64,000 nucleotides of DNA from Candidatus Enterousia sp. (GTDB lineage: Bacteria > Pseudomonadota > Alphaproteobacteria > Rs-D84). Shown in pieces: positions 9,044 through 16,906 of this stretch. The notes under the pieces were generated by a model. The model was given only the letters and a program-made list of their open reading frames with translations. It was not told the DNA's origin and did no database searches. The translations under genes and the position numbers were made by a program. The stretch spans positions 26,554 through 90,553 of the forward strand of contig JAZLBV010000009.1 in NCBI GenBank assembly GCA_045613925.1, in the 5' to 3' direction. Positions within the stretch are counted from its first letter, which is position 1; every line of letters begins with the position of its first letter.

Positions 9044-10195
9044 ATGGGTGGCATGACTAACGCTATTGAACCTTTAAAGCAATTTACAACATCTGCTGAA
9101 ATTCTGGCGGACTACGCAAATAACACGCCTGGGGACACTTATACCACAGAAGAATTAATTTCGTTTATTTGTGATGGTTCTGTTCCGTATAAAAAGCGAT
9201 TGTTTGTATTCTTTGATCATCCCCGATTTAAAAAAGATGATAAATTCGCTGTATTATATAATAATCAATGCTGTAATTGGAAAGAATTGTATAATCTTAT
9301 GGTTTGTGCATCATATCATGTATATTTTGATACAACATATTATTGTGATTTAGAATGCAGGCATTGCATATCAGATGCGGGACCAAATCAGCCGATGAAA
9401 TTTATGCCCGCTGGTGACATCACGCATTACATAGAACAAGCAAAAGTAGAACACATGTCTGTGTGTCATTTTGCTTTGTTTGGTGGTGAACCAATATTCG
9501 CAGAAATTCACCATAATGGTTATTTTGAACAAATATCCAAGACTATCGGTGATAAAGAAATGGCATTCAGTACAAACGGTAATTGGATTAATGACAAACA
9601 TGCTGATCATTTGATTAGCGAAATTATCAAGATGTATGAAACGATCCCAAAATTTTTATTTCAAATATCTGTAAGTAGATTCCACAAAAACTCTGTAGAA
9701 AATGCGAAAAAAATTATTCAAAAATTGGATAGCAATGTACACAAACCAATCTGTGTGCATATTCACGGATTTGATTTTGATACCGTAGAATTTAAATCAC
9801 AATGTGACACATTATCGACCAACAATGTGCATGTTCGTCTTGATTTTGAATCAGGCATTGTTTCTGGAGGGCGCGCTGCAACAATGCCAGGTAAAACATC
9901 TTGTAATAGTGACCATGATGCCAAGCGTGCCATTATAATTGGGGATGAAGAAATCCCAGGGAATATATGTTTTGCAGTAATGAAACCGTGTGCATTCGAT
10001 AGTTGCAATAAAATGCGCATCAGCTTACATTTTACCCCAGATGGACAAGTTTTTACCCGCGATAGATTGAATCCTAATAAAAAATATACTACGCCAATCA
10101 AAACCCGATTAGGCGAATACAGAACTTATGGCAAAATAATTCAATCTTTGGCACATCAAATATTCAATAATTACAAAGGCCAAATAGAAAAATAA
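9044..10195 (+). CDS. Radical SAM domain protein (orphan, function unknown)
   Basis: 383 aa. CX3CX2C cluster motif (CDLECRHC) about 95 aa from the N-terminus, followed by a GGEP-type motif (FALFGGEPIF). C-terminal Cys triad ICFAVMKPCAFDSC. Confidence 0.75.
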   Translation: MGGMTNAIEPLKQFTTSAEILADYANNTPGDTYTTEELISFICDGSVPYKKRLFVFFDHPRFKKDDKFAVLYNNQCCNWKELYNLMVCASYHVYFDTTYYCDLECRHCISDAGPNQPMKFMPAGDITHYIEQAKVEHMSVCHFALFGGEPIFAEIHHNGYFEQISKTIGDKEMAFSTNGNWINDKHADHLISEIIKMYETIPKFLFQISVSRFHKNSVENAKKIIQKLDSNVHKPICVHIHGFDFDTVEFKSQCDTLSTNNVHVRLDFESGIVSGGRAATMPGKTSCNSDHDAKRAIIIGDEEIPGNICFAVMKPCAFDSCNKMRISLHFTPDGQVFTRDRLNPNKKYTTPIKTRLGEYRTYGKIIQSLAHQIFNNYKGQIEK

Positions 10196-10240
10196 AAACG
10201 CTAAAAACATGGCGTTAACGAATTTGATATTACGTTGATA

Positions 10241-10384
10241 ATGCCGAAAAGTAAAGGTTTGTCCGCACCCCACAACCACAATGAACAGTTAATGTTAAGC
10301 GGGGTATGTTATTGTTGTAAATTTAACCTTTTTATTGGTTCGAATGTTTTTAGCGATTTATTGTTAGTTCGAAAGTGTTGGTAG
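10241..10384 (+). CDS. Hypothetical 47-aa Cys-containing small ORF downstream of the radical-SAM gene (speculative)
   Basis: Hand translation gives MPKSKGLSAPHNHNEQLMLSGVCYCCKFNLFIGSNVFSDLLLVRKCW-stop. It is below the ORF-track size cutoff and has no convincing SD. It overlaps the right inverted-repeat arm. Confidence 0.2.
   Translation: MPKSKGLSAPHNHNEQLMLSGVCYCCKFNLFIGSNVFSDLLLVRKCW
10263..10278. repeat. Right arm of the perfect 16-bp inverted repeat flanking the radical-SAM gene
   Basis: ccgcaccccacaacca is the reverse complement of 8973-8988. Confidence 0.9.
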
Positions 10385-10471
10385 TGACATAATTTTTTAA
10401 GAATTAACTTTCGAACTTCTGCAGCCCAAGCAATCCAAACAAAAAATCGCCCCAGCGGGCAATTTGTTAAC

Positions 10472-10560
10472 TGTGGTTGGGGTACACGGATTGTAATTCC
10501 CACTCGCTACGTTCGTGGGCCCCTTTCGGCTTCGCCACGAACCGAACAACTTCGTTGTAC
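10472..10560. repeat. Direct repeat copy 2 (89 bp), 55 nt from the tRNA-Gln gene
   Basis: 88/89 identical to 8825-8913 (single T/C difference in cgaac[t/c]gaac). The flanks beyond it are homologous but much more diverged. Confidence 0.9.
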
Positions 10561-10615
10561 GATTGAACCACGACCTAAACCAAAAATTAAACCGGCAAAA
10601 TGCCGGTTGAATTCT

Positions 10616-10689
10616 TGGTTGGGGTACACGGATTCGAACCGCGATATACAGAGTCAGAGTCTGCTGTTCTACCGTTAAACTATACCCCA
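10616..10689 (-). tRNA. tRNA-Gln (anticodon CUG), CCA encoded
   Basis: Hand-folded cloverleaf: acceptor TGGGGTA/TACCCCA, D stem GTTT/GAAC, anticodon stem GCAGA/TCTGT, loop CTCTGAC (CTG), 4-nt variable loop, T arm CGCGG-TTCGAAT-CCGTG, discriminator A, then CCA. The 5' UGGGGUA is typical of bacterial tRNA-Gln. Confidence 0.9.
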
Positions 10690-10725
10690 ATTCGGGAACA
10701 CATTATATAGATAATATTTGCTTTT

Positions 10726-11460
10726 TCAATCAAATATTTTAATTTCACCAAAATCATCGTGCGTTGCGTTTTCTATAATTATTATATCGTCAACATTTGC
10801 CCAACTCTGCGCCAAAGCAACAGGAACAACCCTGTCCCGCCCACCAATAAAATGTTTCTGGGGCACATTTGGCAAAGATTTCAAATCCATCGATTCGCCC
10901 AAGGCTTCATCCCCAAAAAAATCAGTCCATTTTTTATGGTTCAAAACACCGGCAATTGTAATCCATTTTTCTATTTTCATTTTTGGATTTTGATTGATAA
11001 CTAAACCAGACACCAGCGCACCACCAGAATATCCAACCAAAGTTATTTTTTTATCACCGGCAACCTGCGCCACAGCATTTGATTCTGCATCTATGATTTT
11101 TTTTGAAAAACGCCCACTGGTCCAATCAGATTCAGAACAATTTTGATTTGAAATAAATTGGCACGGTCGTGCAATATAAACCACATTATCAAAATTATCA
11201 CGCGCCGCCAAATCACGAACTAACGTCCCACGCGGTGTTGGATTACTTGTCGGTTGCCCATATACATCAAAAGCGTTTCCATCGCCTTCTATATAAATAT
11301 GAATATAAGAATCTTTTGGATTATTTATCTTTTGCCAGGTTGCAATTTCATATTCCCCAGTATCAATTGGCACATAAATAAACCCATCTGGTGCCACCCA
11401 TTCACGCCCAGCACAACCAATCAAAACTAAACAAAATAAAATTGAAAACAACTTTTTCAT
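10726..11460 (-). CDS. Alpha/beta-hydrolase-fold lipoprotein (putative esterase/lipase)
   Basis: Start moved to the ATG at 11460 (MKKLFSILFCLVLIGCAG, lipobox). GxSxG nucleophile elbow (GYSGGA). C-terminal ATHDDF His motif. Confidence 0.5.
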   Translation of the reverse strand: MKKLFSILFCLVLIGCAGREWVAPDGFIYVPIDTGEYEIATWQKINNPKDSYIHIYIEGDGNAFDVYGQPTSNPTPRGTLVRDLAARDNFDNVVYIARPCQFISNQNCSESDWTSGRFSKKIIDAESNAVAQVAGDKKITLVGYSGGALVSGLVINQNPKMKIEKWITIAGVLNHKKWTDFFGDEALGESMDLKSLPNVPQKHFIGGRDRVVPVALAQSWANVDDIIIIENATHDDFGEIKIFD

Positions 11461-11582
11461 CAGAATGATAATACTATATTCACACAACACCGGCAAAGCA
11501 AAATATCGTCTGGAAAACTATTTTTTTTATGTTATAATCGCACCGATTTGAATTGAACACTCAAATAACAAAAGGAAGAATT

Positions 11583-12818
11583 ATGAAAATAAAACCGTTT
11601 AAGGGTATTCGCCCACCACGTGAATTGGCATCTGAAGTTGCTTCGCGTCCATATGATGTTTTGAATTCTAAAGAAGCCAAAGCAGAAGCCGGCGAAAAAT
11701 CATTACTGCACATTATCAAACCAGAAATTGATTTCGATCCAATTGCAGATGAACATGAACAAAAAACTTACGACAAAGCTGTTGAAAATTTCAAGAAATG
11801 GCAAGATAACCGTTGGCTTGTTCAAGATGACAAAGAAATGTATTACATTTACGCGCAAACTATGGACGGGCGCACACAGTATGGTCTGGTTGCAGCAGCG
11901 AACGTAGATGATTATATGACAGGCAAAATCAAAAAACACGAATTAACACGCAAAGACAAAGAAGACGATCGTATGATTCACGTCCGTATTCAAAGCGCGA
12001 ATTTGGAACCTGTGTTTTTTGCATATCCTGACGTTGCTGAAATGAACGAATTGGTTGCAAATTGGATAAAAACACACGCCCCAGAATATGATTTCGTAGC
12101 CGAAGACGGTTTTGGTCATACATTCTGGAAAATAGACGATGATGCAACAAACGCCCGCATTACTGAAATTTTTGCAAACGTTCCTGCATTCTATGTTGCA
12201 GACGGTCATCACAGAACTGCTGCGGCTGCACGTGTCGGCGCAGAACGTCGTGACGAAAATCCGAATCACACAGGAAACGAAGAATACAATTATTTCCTGG
12301 CTGTGATATTCCCAGAATCTCAATTAAAAGTTATTGATTACAACCGCGTTATCAAAGATTTAAACGGTTTAACCCCAGATGAATTCATTGAAAAATTGCG
12401 TGAATCTTTTGATGTTGTTGAAATGGGTGGTGAAATTTATAAACCAACAAAATTGCATAACTTTTCAATGTACATGGGTGGCAAATGGTATTCATTGACT
12501 GCAAAGACCGGTACATATAACGACAACGATCCAATCGGCGTATTGGATGTCACAGTATTGTCTAATTTAGTATTTGATAAAATATTAAACTTGGGCGATT
12601 TGCGAACAAGTAAACGTATAGATTTTGTTGGCGGAATTCGCGGACTTGGCGAATTGAAAAAACGCGTAGACAGTGGTGAAATGGTTGCAGCATTCGCACT
12701 TTATCCTGTCACAATGCGTCAAATAATTGATATTGCAGACACAGGCAACATTATGCCACCAAAAACTACGTGGTTTGAACCAAAACTGCGCAGCGGTCTG
12801 GTAATACACAAATTTTAG
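11583..12818 (+). CDS. DUF1015 family protein
   Basis: Start at the ATG preceded by aaggaag. MKIKPFKGIRP..., ADGHHR motif and about 410 aa length match my recollection of DUF1015 proteins. Confidence 0.65.
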   Translation: MKIKPFKGIRPPRELASEVASRPYDVLNSKEAKAEAGEKSLLHIIKPEIDFDPIADEHEQKTYDKAVENFKKWQDNRWLVQDDKEMYYIYAQTMDGRTQYGLVAAANVDDYMTGKIKKHELTRKDKEDDRMIHVRIQSANLEPVFFAYPDVAEMNELVANWIKTHAPEYDFVAEDGFGHTFWKIDDDATNARITEIFANVPAFYVADGHHRTAAAARVGAERRDENPNHTGNEEYNYFLAVIFPESQLKVIDYNRVIKDLNGLTPDEFIEKLRESFDVVEMGGEIYKPTKLHNFSMYMGGKWYSLTAKTGTYNDNDPIGVLDVTVLSNLVFDKILNLGDLRTSKRIDFVGGIRGLGELKKRVDSGEMVAAFALYPVTMRQIIDIADTGNIMPPKTTWFEPKLRSGLVIHKF

Positions 12819-12904
12819 TTAGCATCCGCCAACCACGGCGGATGATTACGAAAACTTAGTGCCACGGCTTTGGTCTGCAAAGACGGAAAAAAACTAAACA
12901 CAAA

Positions 12905-12932
12905 CAAAAAACGGGGCCTCGCCCCGTTTTTA
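12905..12932. terminator. Bidirectional rho-independent terminator
   Basis: GC-rich 8-bp stem aacggggc (12910-12917) / gccccgtt (12921-12928), loop ctc, A-run before and T-run after. Confidence 0.8.
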
Positions 12933-12942
12933 ATTACCCCGA

Positions 12943-14937
12943 CTATCTTCCGAAACCAATAGTAAATTCATCACCAAAGTCGGCCACTTTCTGTCCGCCA
13001 ACCGTGCAATTCAACGCATCAAAGCCCTTTTCTACCTGTTTCTTTTTGATAATTTTTGCAGAAACTATACCACCAACAGTTCCCAAAATCACACCTGCGG
13101 TCGCATCAGACGCAAGGCGCGCAGTATTAAATTTACCATCGGCATTTTTCCAAACATTGGCATTAGATTTCGCATATTCAAAAAATCGATTTATATTGTC
13201 GGTTGCAGCCTTGACCTGGGCATCGGTTATAATATTACCCACCCCACCCGATTTTTCACAAAGCAATCCTGCGATTTCATTAAGATATTTTGCAACATTT
13301 GATTTATACAAATTACATTTTTCAGCAGACAGCGATACTGTGGCATTTTTATTAAATTTTGTACCATTTTTGCACTGTACAGATGCCCCCAGTTCAACCA
13401 CACAATCAATATTGTTATTTTTTGATTGTGGCGATGTTTTACCCCCAGTATCCACAACACAATTATGGGTTTCTTTATCCCATTTCCTACCAGTATCCAA
13501 ACATTTACATTCACCATTTTGCCAATTAGTATTTATATTTTCTTTAACCTTGCGCCAATTACACCACGCAAGTTGTTCATTATTTGTACATTCTTTTCCA
13601 TCTTTATGATTAAGTCTTGCAATATCAAAATATTTATATTCTCCTTCGCATAAAAAGCACAAATCTGTTTCTTCCACAAAAGAACCATCCTGTTTTTTAT
13701 TAAAAATCGCTACCGTATCATTATCGTGATAATCTCCAACATACACAGACATCGCCTGATTGTCCCCTTTTGGTGTTGAAGGATCTAATAACAAACAAGG
13801 TTCAATGACCATAAAGTCGGGGTGTAGCTTTTGCCACTCAATGACACGATTAGAATCATCATTATTATCAAAACACGTAAAAAATTCATAATCACAAGAT
13901 ATCCATTTGCCAGATGTTTTCTTATTGCATTTTACACCGCATTTTTCGTCCACTTTACCTGAACCAGTTTTAGAGTTTGATTTTTTATTACCCATATTTG
14001 TATTGGTTTTCCCGGCCCCAGTTTTACCGCCCTTGCCCGATTTTACACAATCGTGTTGTTCGGTATTCCATTCCATACCACTATCTTTACATTCACAATG
14101 ATTGTCATCAACCCATTCAACATTTTTACCGTCTTTATTCTTCCGCCATTTGCACCAGGCCTCACCCAAATTGTCACGACAATAGCCAGTTCCATCAGAA
14201 AATGGCTCACCTGCAGGACAACCCCAACAAAGATCATTTTCATTGACCATACCAGTAATCGCATTTGATTTATTGGTATAGGCTGGATAACCATCCTTTA
14301 AAACACCAACATACGTATATCCAGATGCCACATGTTCTGATGAAACATAATCACATTTTTGATCCACCCCATTAGAAATTTCCCACAACATAGACTGCAT
14401 TGAACAATAAAAAATCTTGTTATCACACAACAGCAACCTTCTTTCTCCACCAAAATCTGCTGATGTTGACAGCGTGCATTCCACACCACATTTTTCATCG
14501 AGTTTCACATAATGAACATTTGTGTAATAATCGCCATCCGATGCCTTTTTGCCATAAAGATACATTTCTTTTATTGGCTCACCCCTAATAAAATCTTGCC
14601 GATCATCCGATACTGGTATATCACTACTAGTAGCTTCCACCCACCTGTCATTTCCACCAAGTTTACATTTATAAATGGTGTCGTCTTTATTAACCGTTGT
14701 AAAACCTGCTGAATTAAACATATTACCAATATAATGGGTGCCATCCACATACACAATCTCACCGTCTTCACATTTACCCTTTTCGCATATCAATGCCATA
14801 CGGCTAACGTTTGGATCCTGGGGATACAAATCTTCATCACTGGGTGTTAGGTCGGTTGATTCAGTCAATTCGCACACTGCCCACGAATCGCCGACAAATC
14901 CACAGAACAAACAAATTATCATAAAGATTTTTTTCAT
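12943..14937 (-). CDS. Exported Cys-rich protein with an internal ~170-aa duplication and a C-terminal glycine-zipper hydrophobic segment (unknown family)
   Basis: Start moved to the ATG at 14937 (SD gagagggga). Signal peptide MKKIFMIICLFCGFVGDSWA. Two repeats begin DEKCGV(E/K)C and end AWC(K/N)WRK...C(E/K)C(K/L)D(S/T)G..W..E.H.CV, separated by a Gly/Lys/Thr-rich linker. C-terminal ATAGVILGTVGGIVSAKIIKKKQ. Confidence 0.7.
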   Translation of the reverse strand: MKKIFMIICLFCGFVGDSWAVCELTESTDLTPSDEDLYPQDPNVSRMALICEKGKCEDGEIVYVDGTHYIGNMFNSAGFTTVNKDDTIYKCKLGGNDRWVEATSSDIPVSDDRQDFIRGEPIKEMYLYGKKASDGDYYTNVHYVKLDEKCGVECTLSTSADFGGERRLLLCDNKIFYCSMQSMLWEISNGVDQKCDYVSSEHVASGYTYVGVLKDGYPAYTNKSNAITGMVNENDLCWGCPAGEPFSDGTGYCRDNLGEAWCKWRKNKDGKNVEWVDDNHCECKDSGMEWNTEQHDCVKSGKGGKTGAGKTNTNMGNKKSNSKTGSGKVDEKCGVKCNKKTSGKWISCDYEFFTCFDNNDDSNRVIEWQKLHPDFMVIEPCLLLDPSTPKGDNQAMSVYVGDYHDNDTVAIFNKKQDGSFVEETDLCFLCEGEYKYFDIARLNHKDGKECTNNEQLAWCNWRKVKENINTNWQNGECKCLDTGRKWDKETHNCVVDTGGKTSPQSKNNNIDCVVELGASVQCKNGTKFNKNATVSLSAEKCNLYKSNVAKYLNEIAGLLCEKSGGVGNIITDAQVKAATDNINRFFEYAKSNANVWKNADGKFNTARLASDATAGVILGTVGGIVSAKIIKKKQVEKGFDALNCTVGGQKVADFGDEFTIGFGR

Positions 14938-15228
14938 AAAATGTCCCCTCTCGATTTTTTCACATAAATAAAAACCACCAGAAAAATTCAAGTGGTTGGA
15001 GGTTGAGAACAATTTAATAGGAAATTGTGCCGTTTATTTTATCATACGATATTATTCACGCGCCCTCCAACCAAACGTTGGAGTTCTTTTCATCTGGGTT
15101 ATCCACACAGACGCCTATTATTCCGGGTTCTCACACCCCATCGCAAAAACACTTTGCGACGACATTATTTTATCATATTTCACCCGCCCACCGCAATAGT
15201 ATTTTTTATACCCGAACCCGGGCCAATA

Positions 15229-15262
15229 GAAAAAACACCGACAAATGCCGGTGTTTTTTTTA
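15229..15262 (-). terminator. Rho-independent terminator downstream of ssb
   Basis: Stem aacaccg (15234-15240) / cggtgtt (15249-15255) flanked by A and T runs. On the minus strand a U-run follows it. Confidence 0.7.
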
Positions 15263-15280
15263 ACATAAACATTAAAATCA

Positions 15281-15730
15281 TTAAAACGGAATATCGTCTG
15301 CAATATCTTCGATTTTAACGTCTTCACGTGGCTGCGACATTGGTGCATCACCAGCGTCGGACATACCGTCCATAGTTTTAGCCCCAGACAATATAACCAT
15401 CTGACCAGCAAAAGGATTCAATACAACTTCGGTTGTGTATGTGTCAACACCCTGTTGATTTTGCCATTTACGTGTGCGCAACGAACCTTCAAGATACAAT
15501 TTAGTCCCCTTTTGCAACATACGTTCTGCGACGTCCACCAAATTAGGATTGAAAATCACAACACGATGCCATTCTGTTTGTTCCTTTTGTTCACCGGTTT
15601 GACGGTCGCGCCATCTATCCGATGTAGCAAGGGAAAAACTTACCACCTTTTGTCCACTGGACATAGTGCGCACCTGTGGTTCCTGACCAATATTACCAAC
15701 CAATATAACTTTGTTTATGCTGCCTGCCAT
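15281..15730 (-). CDS. ssb: Single-stranded DNA-binding protein
   Basis: MAGSINKVILVGNIGQEPQVRT..., OB-fold core and acidic C-terminal tail ending DDIPF. Confidence 0.95.
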   Translation of the reverse strand: MAGSINKVILVGNIGQEPQVRTMSSGQKVVSFSLATSDRWRDRQTGEQKEQTEWHRVVIFNPNLVDVAERMLQKGTKLYLEGSLRTRKWQNQQGVDTYTTEVVLNPFAGQMVILSGAKTMDGMSDAGDAPMSQPREDVKIEDIADDIPF

Positions 15731-15826
15731 TTTTTCTTCCTTTGTTTGTTATAAGAATATGATTGCGAAAAAAATATATAAAAACAAGAAAAAAAGAAAC
15801 GCGCCATCAAAACAGCGCGTTAAAAC

Positions 15827-16387
15827 TTATTCCTCATCAGATTCATCAACTTCGTCATCTTCATCGACGGCATTCAAATCTATTTCCTTTGGTACACCCA
15901 AAATATCTTCAATTTTATCAGATGCCGAATCTAAATCCATTTTATGCAACACAGCAAATTCCTGCGCCATACGTTCCAGCGCACGTAAATACAACTGGCG
16001 CGCAGAAAATGTCATAGTATCCGTTGCGGTACGCCGCTGCAAATCGCGAACCACTTCGGCTAATTTCATCGGGTCGCCAGAATTTATGTTTTCTTCGTAT
16101 TGTGCAGCACGTCGCGCCCAAATCATACGTTTTGCCCCTGCTTTGCCCTTAGCATACGCAATCGCTTCATCCAATTTCTTTGCACTGGACAGCGGACGCA
16201 ACCCAGATAATTCTGCACGTTCCAGCGGAACACGCAACGTCATATGATTTCTTTCAAAATCAATAACCATCATTTTTATTTTTTGGTCGCCAATTGTCTG
16301 TTCTTCGACACGCAACAACTTACCGACACCCTGGGTCGGATAAACGACATATTGACCAGTTTTAAAATCAAGCTTTTTTGTTGGCAT
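15827..16387 (-). CDS. carD: CarD/CdnL family transcriptional regulator
   Basis: N-terminal FKTGQYVVYPTQGVGKL...V (CarD_TRCF RNAP-interacting domain pattern). 186 aa with an acidic tail. Confidence 0.85.
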   Translation of the reverse strand: MPTKKLDFKTGQYVVYPTQGVGKLLRVEEQTIGDQKIKMMVIDFERNHMTLRVPLERAELSGLRPLSSAKKLDEAIAYAKGKAGAKRMIWARRAAQYEENINSGDPMKLAEVVRDLQRRTATDTMTFSARQLYLRALERMAQEFAVLHKMDLDSASDKIEDILGVPKEIDLNAVDEDDEVDESDEE

Positions 16388-16473
16388 ATTTTACACACCC
16401 CTTGCGGTTGCCATTCTCTCTGTCCCTGGCATTATAACACAAAAATTTGAAAAAACAAATATTTAGCAAAAAA

Positions 16474-16902
16474 TTATTGCCCCAGGCCTGCCGGCGAAAA
16501 CCGTCCAATATTATTAAACAACTCTTCAATAGCATTTAATTCTATGGCCGCAGGTATTTCTGTTTCGCCTTCTGCCAGTTTAACATTCTTTAAATCATCA
16601 TCGTGCAAAATCTTTGTCTGGATTACCCGACCATTTTTTACCCATGCTAAAAGCACAGTTTTATTATCATAGGTTATTGGAAAAGGTCCGTGCATATTTT
16701 CATCTGAACCATAATAAATCCAAACTTCATCGCCATAAACAGTGCGCGCCTGAGGATCACCAATGGCATCCTGTAATTGTGCAGTGGTTTTTATGGTTGC
16801 AACTTTTGTTTCTAAATCATCAGGAAACACATAGCCGCGATGTTTAGTTTGAAAAGTACACGCACACAACCCAATCATCAAAACGAATAAAAATTTTTTC
16901 AT
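16474..16902 (-). CDS. bamE: BamE (SmpA/OmlA)-like outer-membrane lipoprotein
   Basis: Start moved to the ATG at 16902. Signal plus lipobox MKKFLFVLMIGLCAC, small size, and an HRGYVFPDD... N-terminus typical of alphaproteobacterial BamE. Confidence 0.55.
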   Translation of the reverse strand: MKKFLFVLMIGLCACTFQTKHRGYVFPDDLETKVATIKTTAQLQDAIGDPQARTVYGDEVWIYYGSDENMHGPFPITYDNKTVLLAWVKNGRVIQTKILHDDDLKNVKLAEGETEIPAAIELNAIEELFNNIGRFSPAGLGQ

Positions 16903-16906
16903 ATTA

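Noticed and set aside
8825-10689. Idea that the tRNA-like 3' ends plus adjacent structured sequence are a permuted two-piece tmRNA (ssrA), as in alphaproteobacteria.
   Set aside because: The duplicated end is identical to tRNA-Gln (TACCCCA-A-CCA), not an Ala-type acceptor with G3:U70. I found no tag-peptide reading frame ending in the usual ...AA-stop. The T-arm is incomplete in the repeat copies.
15711-16247. 178-aa plus-strand ORF overlapping carD and the ssb-carD spacer.
   Set aside because: It is antisense to a confidently identified CarD gene and its Ser-rich low-complexity translation is typical of a shadow frame.
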